Shown: positions 16,517 to 25,884 of the stretch, piece after piece
Numbering within the stretch: position 1 is the stretch's first letter
How the letters are laid out: each line of letters begins with the position of its first letter
DNA from: Frankiaceae bacterium
Lineage (GTDB): Bacteria > Actinomycetota > Actinomycetes > Mycobacteriales > SCTD01
Length of the DNA: 39,206 bases
Direction: 5' to 3'
Assembly: GCA_947479995.1 (NCBI GenBank)
Contig: CANKBT010000002.1
Span: forward strand, 1-39,206
The notes under the pieces: model-generated
Told to the model about the DNA's origin: nothing
Databases searched by the model: none
The model's input: the letters and a program-made list of their open reading frames with translations, nothing else
Made by a program: the position numbers and the translations under genes

Positions 16517-16719
16517 GCGTTGCCTCCCGGCGGCTGGGTCTCGCTGTCCTGAGTGCGGGAGAAGAAGCGGTAGGCGCCGAAGCCGCCCATGCTGACCATC
16601 AGTCCGGCGCAGCCCCCCATGACCGCGGGGTCGCTGGTGACGACGCCGTACGCGAAGCCGGCCAGGGCCACCAGCACGACGATCTGGCCGAGCAGCACGG
16701 GCGACAGGCCGTCACGCAC
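16513..16719 (-). CDS. holin-like small membrane protein (2 TM)
   Basis: 68 aa with TM segments VLLGQIVVLVALAGFAYGVV and VMGGCAGLMVSMGGFGAYRFF, followed by a polar tail. Confidence 0.55.
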   Translation of the reverse strand: MRDGLSPVLLGQIVVLVALAGFAYGVVTSDPAVMGGCAGLMVSMGGFGAYRFFSRTQDSETQPPGGNA

Positions 16720-16737
16720 ATCGCTCTCCCGTCAGGG

Positions 16738-17493
16738 TCAGGGGACACGCCGGGTGTGCTGGTCGAAGAAGCGCACGAGGTCGGCGGTCGGGACGAGATT
16801 GGTGATGTCGTCGCTGTGGTTGAGCGTGTCGCTGACCTTCGTGGCGGTGCCGCCGAGCGCGGTCGCGAGGGCGCGGACGTACTGCGGGCGGGTGACGTCG
16901 TCCGCCTCGGAGTACCAGAAGCGGACGGCGCCGGGGCGGGCGAGCCCGACGTTGATGAGCGCGGCGGTGCCGGTGCCCAGAGGGCTGGCGTGCTGCGGCA
17001 GGGGAGCGGGCCAGGTGACGCCGAGCGCAGCGTCGATCTGGGCGCGGGCGACGCCGAAGACGTCGCGGTTGCGCAGGTCGTTGAGGTCGCAGGCGGGCTG
17101 GATGCCGCCGACGCACAGCACCCGGCCGGGGCGCAGGCGGATGTACGTCATGGCGACGAGGTCGCCCATGCTGATGGGCTGCAGGGCGACGAGGGTCGGG
17201 TGCGCGCCGTGCTGCGCGGCGAGCGCGACGGCGGCGTCGACGATAGGCGCGGTGCTCGGCCGGCCCCAGTTCGCGGGGCCAGTGGGGGCGACGGCGACGA
17301 CGACGTGCCCGGCGCGGACGAGAGCACGCACGAGGCGGGTGAGCGACGGGTCGGTCGTGTACGTCGCGGCGGTGTCGCCGGCGCCGGGCAGCAGGATCAC
17401 CGCTGGGCGCCCGCGGCCGCCGCCGCGCGGGACGCCGAGGAGGTCGGTCTCGCCGGCGCTGAGCCGGTCGCGGTCGAGGCCGACGACGCTCAC
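16738..17493 (-). CDS. alpha/beta-hydrolase-fold esterase/lipase-like protein
   Basis: 251 aa. Candidate nucleophile elbow QPISMGD, later acidic YSEADDV and histidine LNHSDD, in Ser-Asp-His order. ...VILLPGAGDT... looks like an oxyanion-region strand. Confidence 0.6.
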   Translation of the reverse strand: MSVVGLDRDRLSAGETDLLGVPRGGGRGRPAVILLPGAGDTAATYTTDPSLTRLVRALVRAGHVVVAVAPTGPANWGRPSTAPIVDAAVALAAQHGAHPTLVALQPISMGDLVAMTYIRLRPGRVLCVGGIQPACDLNDLRNRDVFGVARAQIDAALGVTWPAPLPQHASPLGTGTAALINVGLARPGAVRFWYSEADDVTRPQYVRALATALGGTATKVSDTLNHSDDITNLVPTADLVRFFDQHTRRVP

Positions 17494-18407
17494 AGCGCGT
17501 AGGCCGCCAGCCAGCTGCGGCAGTAGCGGCGCTTCTGCACGGGCGGGCCCGGGATGAAGAGCCCGTTCTGCAGCTGCATGACGGCAGGACCGACCTTCTG
17601 CCCCATCATGCGGAAGGTGCGAGGCGCGGCGATCGGGCCGATGCGGTGCAGGTCCTTGAGCTTGGCGCTGCCCAGGAAGGATGCGGGGACCAGGCCGGCG
17701 TCCTGCAGCACGAGGCCGAACTCGGGGTCGGCGGGGTTGACCTCTTCGACGAAGACGATGGGCTGGCTGGGGGTGCCGCCCTGTGTCGTCGTGGTGGCGA
17801 GCGCGCCGAAGGCCAGCCAGACGTCGCGGTCGGTGGGCTGCAGCGTCAGCTGCGGGCCGACGGCCTGCGCGGTGCCGGTGAGCACGAGGGGTGTGCCGGT
17901 GTTGTTGAACGCCTCGTCGAGGAACTCGGCGCCGAGGGCCGGGACGGGCTGGGCTCGGCCGAGGTCGGCGCTGTAGCCGAGCAGGTCGCCGTCGGTGGCG
18001 CCGTCGAATGCGCGGAGCAGGGCGGCGTCGGTCTGCGCGTTGCTGGGGGCCTGGGCCTCGAGCGCAGCGGCCTGTGCACTGACGGCCGCGGCCTGCGCGG
18101 CGCTGGCCAGCACGGGGGCGGCGGCGGCGAGCGCGCCGACCTCGCTGCTTGTCACGGGGAAGCGCCCGAGGCCCGCGTCGGCCCAGACGGTGTCGAGCTG
18201 CGGGAGGTAGACCAGGGGCAGGCGACCGAGGCGCACGGCGGCGGTGGTCGGTGACCCGGTGGCGTCCCGGGGCACGAGCGGCGCGCTGGCGACCTCGCTG
18301 GCGTAGAAGGTGACCACGTCGGAGTCGTCGACGAAGGTGCCGTCGCCGGCGAGCGCGACCGCAGGCCCGAAGGCGTAGTGCGTGACGCCGCCGACGACGA
18401 TGCTCAT
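17490..18407 (-). CDS. minor tail / fibre-like protein
   Basis: 305 aa with an AGGAG RBS and an Ala-rich central coiled segment. Assigned by its position among tail genes. Confidence 0.55.
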   Translation of the reverse strand: MSIVVGGVTHYAFGPAVALAGDGTFVDDSDVVTFYASEVASAPLVPRDATGSPTTAAVRLGRLPLVYLPQLDTVWADAGLGRFPVTSSEVGALAAAAPVLASAAQAAAVSAQAAALEAQAPSNAQTDAALLRAFDGATDGDLLGYSADLGRAQPVPALGAEFLDEAFNNTGTPLVLTGTAQAVGPQLTLQPTDRDVWLAFGALATTTTQGGTPSQPIVFVEEVNPADPEFGLVLQDAGLVPASFLGSAKLKDLHRIGPIAAPRTFRMMGQKVGPAVMQLQNGLFIPGPPVQKRRYCRSWLAAYAL

Positions 18408-18435
18408 GCGCGCTCCTGGGTGCTGGTCAGGCTGG

Positions 18436-19359
18436 TCACAGCAGCGGGCCGACCCACTGCAGGCGTACGCCGCAGCCGGCCTGGGCGCGCTTGGTGCCGG
18501 TGGCGTTGCGGACGTAGCCGAGGCGGACGGTGAGCGGCCCGCCTGCGTGCTCGTAGCGTCGGCTCAGGCTGGCGTCGTCCTCGATGCGCGGCAGCTGGCC
18601 GGCGGTGAGCAGCGTGTTGTTGGCCTGCAGCCGGCCCTCTCCATCGGCGCCGCCGGACAGGGAGTACTCGCCGGTGACGAGGTACTCGCCGCGGGGCGCG
18701 TCGCCGAAGTTGCCGACGTGCACGTCCTGCAGCCCGGCGATGAGCTCGCCCTCGACCTGCCGGTAGCTCTCCCAGATCCGGCGGGACGGGCTGTCGAGCA
18801 GCCACGTGGGTGCGCCGGTGGTGTCCGGAACGCGGGCCCACACCTCCGTGCCGCGGCGGACCTGCAGGCCGATCGGCGCGTCGGCCGGCAGCGCGGCGGA
18901 CGGGGAACCAAGCGTGATGGGCTTAGCGCTGAAGGCGCGCAGGTCGCGGATGGCGGTGGGTGCGGTCTGGCCGGCGGTGACCTGCACCAGCGCGAGGACC
19001 TGGTCGTCGAGGACGCCAGGCGAGGACTGGATGCCGGCGGGGATCTGCTCGCTGCTGCTGCCGGGGACGACGGCGAAGGCGCTGGTGTCGGTGCCCCAGT
19101 TGCGGCGCAGGACGATGGCGTCCCAGCGGCTTCCGCTGCCGATGGCGCCGAGCTGCAGGGTGGCCTGGGCGTCGGAGCGGGTGAGGACGCCGCGGCCGTA
19201 GGCGCTGCCGGGGGCGATGGCGACGGTGCGGTCCTGGCCGGCGACGGCCGTGATGGCCAGTCCGCTGGCGACGGCGTAGTCGGAGCCGAGCAGGGACGAC
19301 AGGGCTGCCCACTGCTGCTCGTCGACGGTGCCCTGGTACCCGACGTTGGTGATCGCCAC
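18436..19359 (-). CDS. minor tail protein
   Basis: 307 aa from GTG 19359, directly downstream of the Tal-like gene. Confidence 0.55.
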   Translation of the reverse strand: MAITNVGYQGTVDEQQWAALSSLLGSDYAVASGLAITAVAGQDRTVAIAPGSAYGRGVLTRSDAQATLQLGAIGSGSRWDAIVLRRNWGTDTSAFAVVPGSSSEQIPAGIQSSPGVLDDQVLALVQVTAGQTAPTAIRDLRAFSAKPITLGSPSAALPADAPIGLQVRRGTEVWARVPDTTGAPTWLLDSPSRRIWESYRQVEGELIAGLQDVHVGNFGDAPRGEYLVTGEYSLSGGADGEGRLQANNTLLTAGQLPRIEDDASLSRRYEHAGGPLTVRLGYVRNATGTKRAQAGCGVRLQWVGPLL

Positions 19360-19363
19360 GGCG

Positions 19364-20461
19364 CTACCTGCCTGCCTGGTTGTCGCGGATGGAGCGCAGG
19401 ACCTGTCCGAGCAGGCGCGCGACGGTGCGGTTGGGGTCGGCGCGTCGTTCGCCGATCTCGGGGGTCACGAGCAGCCCGTCGCGCTCGGAGAAGGCGACGG
19501 TCGCCTCGCGCAGCACATCGGTGACGACGACGCCGGGGGAGATCTCAACGGTGACGCGGTCACCGACATGCAGGTCCTGGCCGTAGCGGAAGTGCTTGGT
19601 CTCGGCGAGCTGCAGCGACAGGCCGCTGCGGGCACGGCCGTCGCCGAGGGTCTCGGCCGCGCGGCCCTGGACGACGGCCGGGTCGTCGGTGTCGCGCGCG
19701 TCGCGGAAGACCTCGACGACGTCGCCCCATTCGCCTTCGCGAGCGGTGCTGACGAACTGGGTGAAGGAGCGGGCCTCGGCCTGGCCCTGGTCGCCGAGGA
19801 CGACGCGGGTAGCGGTCGGGCCGGAGCGGTCGAGCTGCCAGTCGACGACGACGCCGGACGCGGCGGTGAGCGTGCGCGGGTACTCGCGCGGGGTGTAGCA
19901 GTCGACGAGCAGCCCGTCGTTGACCTGCACGACGGTGATGCCGATGCCGGCCTGGTCGACGAGCGGGAAGAGCCGGTCGGCGAGCGGGTGCATGCGGAAC
20001 GTGGTGCTGATGACGGCGCCGCGGCCGAGGTCGGGCGCGATCGTGACGGGCAGTCCGAGGCGGGCGGCGTTCGCGGCGATGACGCCCTTGACGACGGTCT
20101 CGGCCGGGCCGGTACGGGTGTCGTACGCCGCGGTCTGTGCGGAGAGCGGCGCACCGGGGACCGGCCAGCCGAGGATGCGGGTCAGGAGCCGCCAGTCGCC
20201 GTCGACGCGGTAGGTCGTGCGCTGCGGGTCGCCCGCGACGGCGCGGACGGGACCGCTGATGACCTGCCCGGCGTAGGTGACGACCAGCCGAGCGCCGTCG
20301 GCGGCGAGCTGGGCAGACCGCCGGTGGTCGCTGTCGAGCACGAGCTCGACGGTGTCGAGCGCGTTGTGCCGCGGGACGAAGCGCACGACGGCCGGGTCGC
20401 CGATGAAGCCGAGGCGGCGGAAGGCCTTGTCGTAGACCTCGATGCGAAAGGGGCTGTCCAT
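19364..20461 (-). CDS. tail-associated (Tal / siphovirus Gp37-like) protein
   Basis: 365 aa from ATG 20461, with a 1-nt overlap with the Dit-like stop. It is the tail of track ORF 19364..21085 and is the second gene after the tape measure. Confidence 0.6.
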   Translation of the reverse strand: MDSPFRIEVYDKAFRRLGFIGDPAVVRFVPRHNALDTVELVLDSDHRRSAQLAADGARLVVTYAGQVISGPVRAVAGDPQRTTYRVDGDWRLLTRILGWPVPGAPLSAQTAAYDTRTGPAETVVKGVIAANAARLGLPVTIAPDLGRGAVISTTFRMHPLADRLFPLVDQAGIGITVVQVNDGLLVDCYTPREYPRTLTAASGVVVDWQLDRSGPTATRVVLGDQGQAEARSFTQFVSTAREGEWGDVVEVFRDARDTDDPAVVQGRAAETLGDGRARSGLSLQLAETKHFRYGQDLHVGDRVTVEISPGVVVTDVLREATVAFSERDGLLVTPEIGERRADPNRTVARLLGQVLRSIRDNQAGR

Positions 20462-21378
20462 CACCAGGCGCGGGCGTACAGCGGAATGAGCGTTGCGGTG
20501 ATGCTGCCCGTGCCGGCCGCCGCCAGGGTGAGCGGAACCTGCTCGCCGGGCGCGACCGGCGCGAAGTCGACGGCGCCGAGCTCGGCGGTGCGGTCCGCGC
20601 CGGTGCCGTCGATGGCGGTCTGCTCGGTGGGGCGCGGGTCGACGCGCAGCGTCTCCCCGGCGGCGAGCTCGATGGGCACCTCGATGGTGCGGCCGTCGAC
20701 GCCGACGGTGACGCTGTCGAGCGGGCCCTCGAGGTCCCAGATCGGGTAGGCCGGCTCGTCGCCCGGGTTGTCGATCGTGGCGAGCGCGAGGGTGCTGCCG
20801 CTGCTGATCGTGAACGGCGGGCCGGGCAAGAACGGCGAGCCGGGTGACGCCTGGAAGGTCCGGGCGATGGGCTCGCCCTGCCAGAACGGCTGCTCGTCCG
20901 CAACGAGCCGCACGCCGTAGACGGCCCAGCCTGCCTGCACCGGCAGGCGGTCGAAGGCCTGGTTGTCGGTGCCGTCGTACCGGCAGGTGAGCGTGCGCCG
21001 TGCGCCGTCGGGGTGGGTGACGGTCCAGGTGCCGGGACGGTCGGGGTGCATCGTGCGCCAGAAGGCCCGGTCGTACTTGACCCACGCCTCGCTGCTGTCG
21101 TCGACGAAGACGAGCAGCGGCCAGAAGACGTCGCGCTCGAGGGTGCGGTGCCCGCGGTAGCGGCTGCCGGCGACGGCCGGGCTGCTGCTGGCGAAGCGGT
21201 CGTGCTCACCGCGCCCAAGACCGCGGGTGCCGCCGCGGATGAGTCGCACGCCGCTGTCCTCGCCGGTGAGCTCCCAGACGCTGCCGTCCCAGCCAGTCCA
21301 GGTAGGGCGCAGCCCCACCCATCGGCTGTCGACCTCGGGCTGCGGAACTGCGCCGGGGAGCGCGAGCAGCAGGGTCAC
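20461..21378 (-). CDS. distal tail protein (Dit-like)
   Basis: 305 aa. GTG 21378 overlaps the tape-measure stop (GTGA). Canonical position immediately after the TMP. Confidence 0.6.
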   Translation of the reverse strand: MTLLLALPGAVPQPEVDSRWVGLRPTWTGWDGSVWELTGEDSGVRLIRGGTRGLGRGEHDRFASSSPAVAGSRYRGHRTLERDVFWPLLVFVDDSSEAWVKYDRAFWRTMHPDRPGTWTVTHPDGARRTLTCRYDGTDNQAFDRLPVQAGWAVYGVRLVADEQPFWQGEPIARTFQASPGSPFLPGPPFTISSGSTLALATIDNPGDEPAYPIWDLEGPLDSVTVGVDGRTIEVPIELAAGETLRVDPRPTEQTAIDGTGADRTAELGAVDFAPVAPGEQVPLTLAAAGTGSITATLIPLYARAW

Positions 21379-24300
21379 GGGGCGCCAGCGCCGATGAGCG
21401 CGAGCGCGTCGCGCTGCTTCTGCTCGGCCGCCGCGAGGAGGTCGTCGGGGTCGTAGGCGTACATCGGCCCGTTGAAGTTGACCTGCGGCACGGCCGTCGC
21501 GCCCGCGCGGGCCGAGGCTGCGGTCTCGGCAGCTGCGGCGCTGCCGGCCGCGGCGGCGCTGCGGGTGATGCTGAGGCCGCTGGCCGGCCGGTCGAGGCCG
21601 CCCGTCGCCGCGGACGCCAGGTCGGCGCCGGTGCGGGCGATGAGATCCGCGGTCTGTGCCATGCCGGTGGCGAAGCCCTCACCGGTGAAGTGGCCGAGCT
21701 GCATGGTGACGCGCGAGGGGCTGCGGATCTCGAGTGCGGCGCCGATGGCGGACGCCGCGGCCTCGGCGAGCCGACGAGCCTGGGCAGCCGCGGCGCCGAC
21801 CATGCTCCCGAGGCCGTTGACGAAGCCCTGCCCGGCGGCGGCGCCCGCACCGAACAGCGAGCCGCCCGCCGCGCCCGCAGCGGCCGCAGAGGCCAGTCCG
21901 CCACCGGCAGCGCGAGCCGCGGCCTCCGTGCCGGCGATGCTGCGGGAGAAGCTGTTGCCGAGGCCGGCGCCAGCGGCAGCGGCGGGCGCCCCGGCGCCAT
22001 ACAGCGCGGCGAGGGACGGGTCGACCAGGCCGCCCTGCGTGGCGCCTGCTGCGGCAGGTGCGCCAGCAGCCAGCGTGCCGGAGTACTTGTCGACCAGCAG
22101 CTGCGCATTCGCCTCGACGAGGGCTGTCGGGATGAGCCCGGTCTCGACGCCGGTGCGCAGGGCGATGGCCTCCTGCGCGAGCGCGGCGGCCTGGCTGCTG
22201 AGGCCGGCGGCGAGCAGCTCGCCGTAAACCCGGCCGACCTCGGCGAGACGCGGATCCTCGGTGAGGCCGAGCAGCGCGGCGCCGGCGTTCTGCTGCCCGG
22301 CCGCGTACGCCGCGGGCGCCTGGCCACCGAGGCCGCCGGCGTACTCCGAGCCGGTGCTCTCGCCGAAGCCGTAGGCGGCCTGGGCGGTGGAGTCCAGCGA
22401 GGTGATGATGCCGTTCTTCAGCGTGTCGAAGGCGCGGTTGGCCTCCTGCAGCTTGTCGCCGATGCCCGGCACCCAGCCGAACAGCCCAGCGACGGCGCTG
22501 ATGACGCCGTCTGCCATCGTCAGGAAGGTCGTGACGATGAGGCGGGCGCCGTCCAGCACGAAGCCGACGGCGTTGCCGATGCCGGGGGCGATCGTGCCGA
22601 TGATGCTGACGAGGCTCTCGATGGCGATGACCGCCAGCGGCATCGCGTTGATCATGGCCTGCACGCCGCCGACGAACAGCGGGAGCAGCGTGACCGCAGC
22701 CTCAACCAGCAGCGGCAGGAGCGGCACGATCGCGACGACCATGTCGGCGAGGCCGGTAACGATGTCCGGCAGCAGCGGTGCGAGCTGGTTGAGCGCGTCG
22801 ATGAACAGCCCGGCGAGCTGGTCGATGACCGGCGCGAGCGCGTTCGTGAGGTCGACGAAGGCGGCCGCCAGCACGGGCAGCACCGGGCGCAGGGCGTTGA
22901 CGAGGGCGGCGATGACCGGCGCGAATGCGGTAGCGACCGTCTCGAGCACCGGCGCCAGGCCGACGAGCAGGGTGGCGGCGAGCTCGCCGAGCAGCGGCAA
23001 GATCGGCGTGAGCGCTCCGGCGACCGCGGCGAAGGCGGTGGCGAGCGGCCCGACGGCGGGGGCCACAGCGGCGATCGCCTGCGCCAGGGCCTGGCCGAGG
23101 ACGGCGGCGACATCTGCGAGCACCGGCAGGACCGGTCCGATGGCGTCCAGGACAACGCTGAACGCTTCGCCGAGCGCGACGAGACCGGGCTGCAGCAGGT
23201 CAAGCGCGGTCGACAGGCCTGCGGCGAAGACCTGGAAGCCGGTGCTCTCGAAGATGGACTCGAGCACCTCGGCGAGCGTGGTGATGATGCCGAGGACGGG
23301 GCTGATGGCACCGGTGGTCGCGCTGCCCAGTGCGCCGAGGGCCTGCCCGATCGCGCCGATGGTGGAGGCGACCTGCGGCAGGATCTGGTTGGCGAACTGC
23401 GCGAAGCCGGACCCGCCGCCGTTGGCGGCGAACTCCGCGAAGTTGCCGGCGGCGCGCGCGAAGCCGTCAGCGAAGCGGTCAGTCAGCGGGGTGATGTTGA
23501 CGAGCAGGTCGAGCACGCCGCCGAGGCCGACGAACAGGCCCGACCCGAACTGCTCGAACTGCCGGGCGCCGTCGCCGCCGAGGTAGTCGGTGAAGCGCGA
23601 GAAGGCCTCGCCGTTGACGAGCTGCTCGAAGGCGAGCCCAACGTTGCCGACCGCGGCCGACACTCCGACCACGGCCGGCGCCATCTCGGCTAGCGCAGCC
23701 GTTGCCCCGCGCAGGAACGGTGTCAGCGCCGCAAGCGTCGGGCCTTGAGCCGTGCGGCTGAAGTCGGCGTAGGCGTCCTTGGTGGCCTGCAACTCGGTGA
23801 GGAAGCCGCGCTGCTCGTCGCTGAGACCGGCAAGGGCGACGCGCTGACGCTCGAGGGCGGCGGCGCGCTGTTCATCGGTCGTGGCGGTGTCGTAGGCCTC
23901 CTGCGCCGCCGTGAGCTCCTTCTGCGCGGCGGTGACGCCCTTGATGGCTGGGACGGCTGCGAGCGCAAAGATGCCGAGGGTGCCGACGACCGCACCGAGC
24001 GCGCCGCCGAGGGCAGCGGCGCCACCGACGGCCGCCACGGTGAGCGCGCCGCCGAGCGCGCCGACAGCGACGGTGGCCGCGCCGGCGGCAGCCGTCACCG
24101 CCAGCATCTTGACCGCGGTCCCGGTCAGCCCGCTGTTGAGGAACGACAGCGGACGGGTGAGCAGACCGAGGCTCAGGGCGGCCGAGACCGCCCGACCGTC
24201 GAGCCGGTCGAGCTCGCGGTTGAGGCGGGACAGCGCCAGCAGCGCCTGCACGTTGCCGCGGATGTCGACGGTGATGACGACGACCCGGTTGTTCAGGGCG

Positions 24301-24686
24301 TCGAGCAGCGCCGGCAGGGCGGCCAGGCGCGCGAGCTGCGCGTTGCTCGGCACGCGGGCGACGACCGAGATGTTGCGCTCCCGCTCGGTGCGCTGCAGCC
24401 GTTCGAGCGTCGTGGTGAGCGCCTCAAGCCGGGCGACCGCCGCGGCCGACGGCTGCCGCAACCGCACGTTCAGCTGGACTGCCCGGCCGTCGAGGCGGTC
24501 GGCCATCGTCTGCAGCTGCGCAAGACTCGCCTCGGCCGCCATCGACTGCAGGTCGACGGCGAGCACCGAGCGGAACGACCGGGCCTCGAACCGCTCGCCC
24601 TCGAGCCGCGCCTGGTCCAGCCCTCGCTGGAACGGGTCACGATCGACGGTGAGCGTCGCGTCGATGGTGCCGGCGTCGTACGTCAC
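21375..24686 (-). CDS. tail tape measure protein
   Basis: 1103 aa, the largest gene in the window. Ala/Gly/Leu-rich with long repetitive helical and hydrophobic stretches. Preceded by the chaperone pair. Confidence 0.88.
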   Translation of the reverse strand: MTYDAGTIDATLTVDRDPFQRGLDQARLEGERFEARSFRSVLAVDLQSMAAEASLAQLQTMADRLDGRAVQLNVRLRQPSAAAVARLEALTTTLERLQRTERERNISVVARVPSNAQLARLAALPALLDALNNRVVVITVDIRGNVQALLALSRLNRELDRLDGRAVSAALSLGLLTRPLSFLNSGLTGTAVKMLAVTAAAGAATVAVGALGGALTVAAVGGAAALGGALGAVVGTLGIFALAAVPAIKGVTAAQKELTAAQEAYDTATTDEQRAAALERQRVALAGLSDEQRGFLTELQATKDAYADFSRTAQGPTLAALTPFLRGATAALAEMAPAVVGVSAAVGNVGLAFEQLVNGEAFSRFTDYLGGDGARQFEQFGSGLFVGLGGVLDLLVNITPLTDRFADGFARAAGNFAEFAANGGGSGFAQFANQILPQVASTIGAIGQALGALGSATTGAISPVLGIITTLAEVLESIFESTGFQVFAAGLSTALDLLQPGLVALGEAFSVVLDAIGPVLPVLADVAAVLGQALAQAIAAVAPAVGPLATAFAAVAGALTPILPLLGELAATLLVGLAPVLETVATAFAPVIAALVNALRPVLPVLAAAFVDLTNALAPVIDQLAGLFIDALNQLAPLLPDIVTGLADMVVAIVPLLPLLVEAAVTLLPLFVGGVQAMINAMPLAVIAIESLVSIIGTIAPGIGNAVGFVLDGARLIVTTFLTMADGVISAVAGLFGWVPGIGDKLQEANRAFDTLKNGIITSLDSTAQAAYGFGESTGSEYAGGLGGQAPAAYAAGQQNAGAALLGLTEDPRLAEVGRVYGELLAAGLSSQAAALAQEAIALRTGVETGLIPTALVEANAQLLVDKYSGTLAAGAPAAAGATQGGLVDPSLAALYGAGAPAAAAGAGLGNSFSRSIAGTEAAARAAGGGLASAAAAGAAGGSLFGAGAAAGQGFVNGLGSMVGAAAAQARRLAEAAASAIGAALEIRSPSRVTMQLGHFTGEGFATGMAQTADLIARTGADLASAATGGLDRPASGLSITRSAAAAGSAAAAETAASARAGATAVPQVNFNGPMYAYDPDDLLAAAEQKQRDALALIGAGAP

Positions 24687-24705
24687 GCGGGCCCCCTCGC
24701 TGCTG

Positions 24706-25301
24706 TCAGGTGACGGCCCGGCGGGCCGTGCGGATGGGCGAGCCGCCCGGCTCGGGCTGGGCTGCCTGTCGCCGGTCCGGGTCGGCGAACTCCTGCACGA
24801 GCCCGTCGACAGCGGCTCGGTACTGCCACCACGGCAGGTCGCCGGCGTCGTTCCACGTCAGGCCGAGGTGCCGGCTCATGAGGTAGCGCTCGACGCGCCG
24901 ATGCTCGCCGCCGGTCAGCGCCTCGTACCGGCCGGCGGCTACCGAGGGTTCAGCAGCGCCGACACCAGGTAGGCGGAGAAGCCCGCGAAGTGCCGGTGCG
25001 GCAGGTTCCACAGCTCGTCGTGCGACGGGCTCTGGCTGCAGACCTCGGCCAGCGCGGCCGTCGTCTGCTCGCGGGTGCGACGGGCGAGCTCGCCCTCCCC
25101 GCCTGCCTCGGCGACCTTCGCGCGGACCTTCTGCATGTCGACGACGCCCTTGTCGTCGATGAGGTCGGCCTGCATGGCGCGCAGTGCCGCCTGCAGCTGC
25201 TCGACCTGGTCTTGCGACGGCTCGGGGATGGTGCCGACCGGTCCGCCGACGGCCGAGAAGTCGTACGCCAGGACCTCGAGGTCCTCCGCCTTGTAGCCCA
25301 C
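24706..25301 (-). CDS. predicted G-T fusion chaperone made by a -1 programmed frameshift (site not located)
   Basis: Track ORF 24706..25416 is in the -1 frame relative to the G gene. It stays open across the G stop and continues with protein-like sequence ...LTWNDAGDLPWWQYRAAVDGLVQEF... No canonical XXXYYYZ heptamer was found by eye. Confidence 0.4.
24939..25301 (-). CDS. tail assembly chaperone (gpG-like)
   Basis: 120 aa from GTG 25301, located between the major tail protein and the TMP. It is the tail of track ORF 24939..25445. Confidence 0.65.
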   Translation of the reverse strand: MGYKAEDLEVLAYDFSAVGGPVGTIPEPSQDQVEQLQAALRAMQADLIDDKGVVDMQKVRAKVAEAGGEGELARRTREQTTAALAEVCSQSPSHDELWNLPHRHFAGFSAYLVSALLNPR

Positions 25302-25303
25302 CG

Positions 25304-25882
25304 TCAGGCCGCCGCGGTGAGCTCGAAGGACTCGATCTCGTCGCTCGGGCAGAGCGCGGCGATGTCGAGGGCGTACTTGCGGTAGTCGGCCAGGCGGCGG
25401 AACGCCTGCTCGACACTGCCGCCGGCCTGGGCGCGCGGCACCCACAGGCCGAGGCGGACCGAGTCGCCGTCGACGTCGACGAGCGTCTGGCTGAGCAGCA
25501 TGAGCGCGATCTCGTCGTCGGTGTTGGAGAAACGGAACGACTTGCGCGACGGGGCGCTGCCGCTGCCGACGACGGACGCGAGCGTGCCGCCGCCGATCGC
25601 GAGCTTGAAGTTCTCGAGGGTCGCCTCGGCGAGAGTGCAGCGCACCGCGACCTGCCGGGACGTGCGGCGCTTGACCGGCGCGTCCTGCTCCTCGATCGCC
25701 CAGTCGGTGACCTCGGCCGAGGTCGCGATCGTGTAGCCCTCGGTAGTGCCGCCGGGGTTGACCCAGGGCGAGGGCAGCGTGCCGGTGAAGGCGACGGTGT
25801 CGGTCGGGCGGGTCGTGCCGGCGGGGGCGTAGAACATCGCCATCGCCGTGCCGTTGACGTTCTCGGGGGTCCAGAGAGCCAC
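25304..25882 (-). CDS. major tail protein
   Basis: 192 aa from GTG 25882 with an AAGGAG RBS. Position immediately upstream of the chaperones. It is the tail of track ORF 25304..26536. Confidence 0.7.
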   Translation of the reverse strand: MALWTPENVNGTAMAMFYAPAGTTRPTDTVAFTGTLPSPWVNPGGTTEGYTIATSAEVTDWAIEEQDAPVKRRTSRQVAVRCTLAEATLENFKLAIGGGTLASVVGSGSAPSRKSFRFSNTDDEIALMLLSQTLVDVDGDSVRLGLWVPRAQAGGSVEQAFRRLADYRKYALDIAALCPSDEIESFELTAAA

Positions 25883-25884
25883 GG

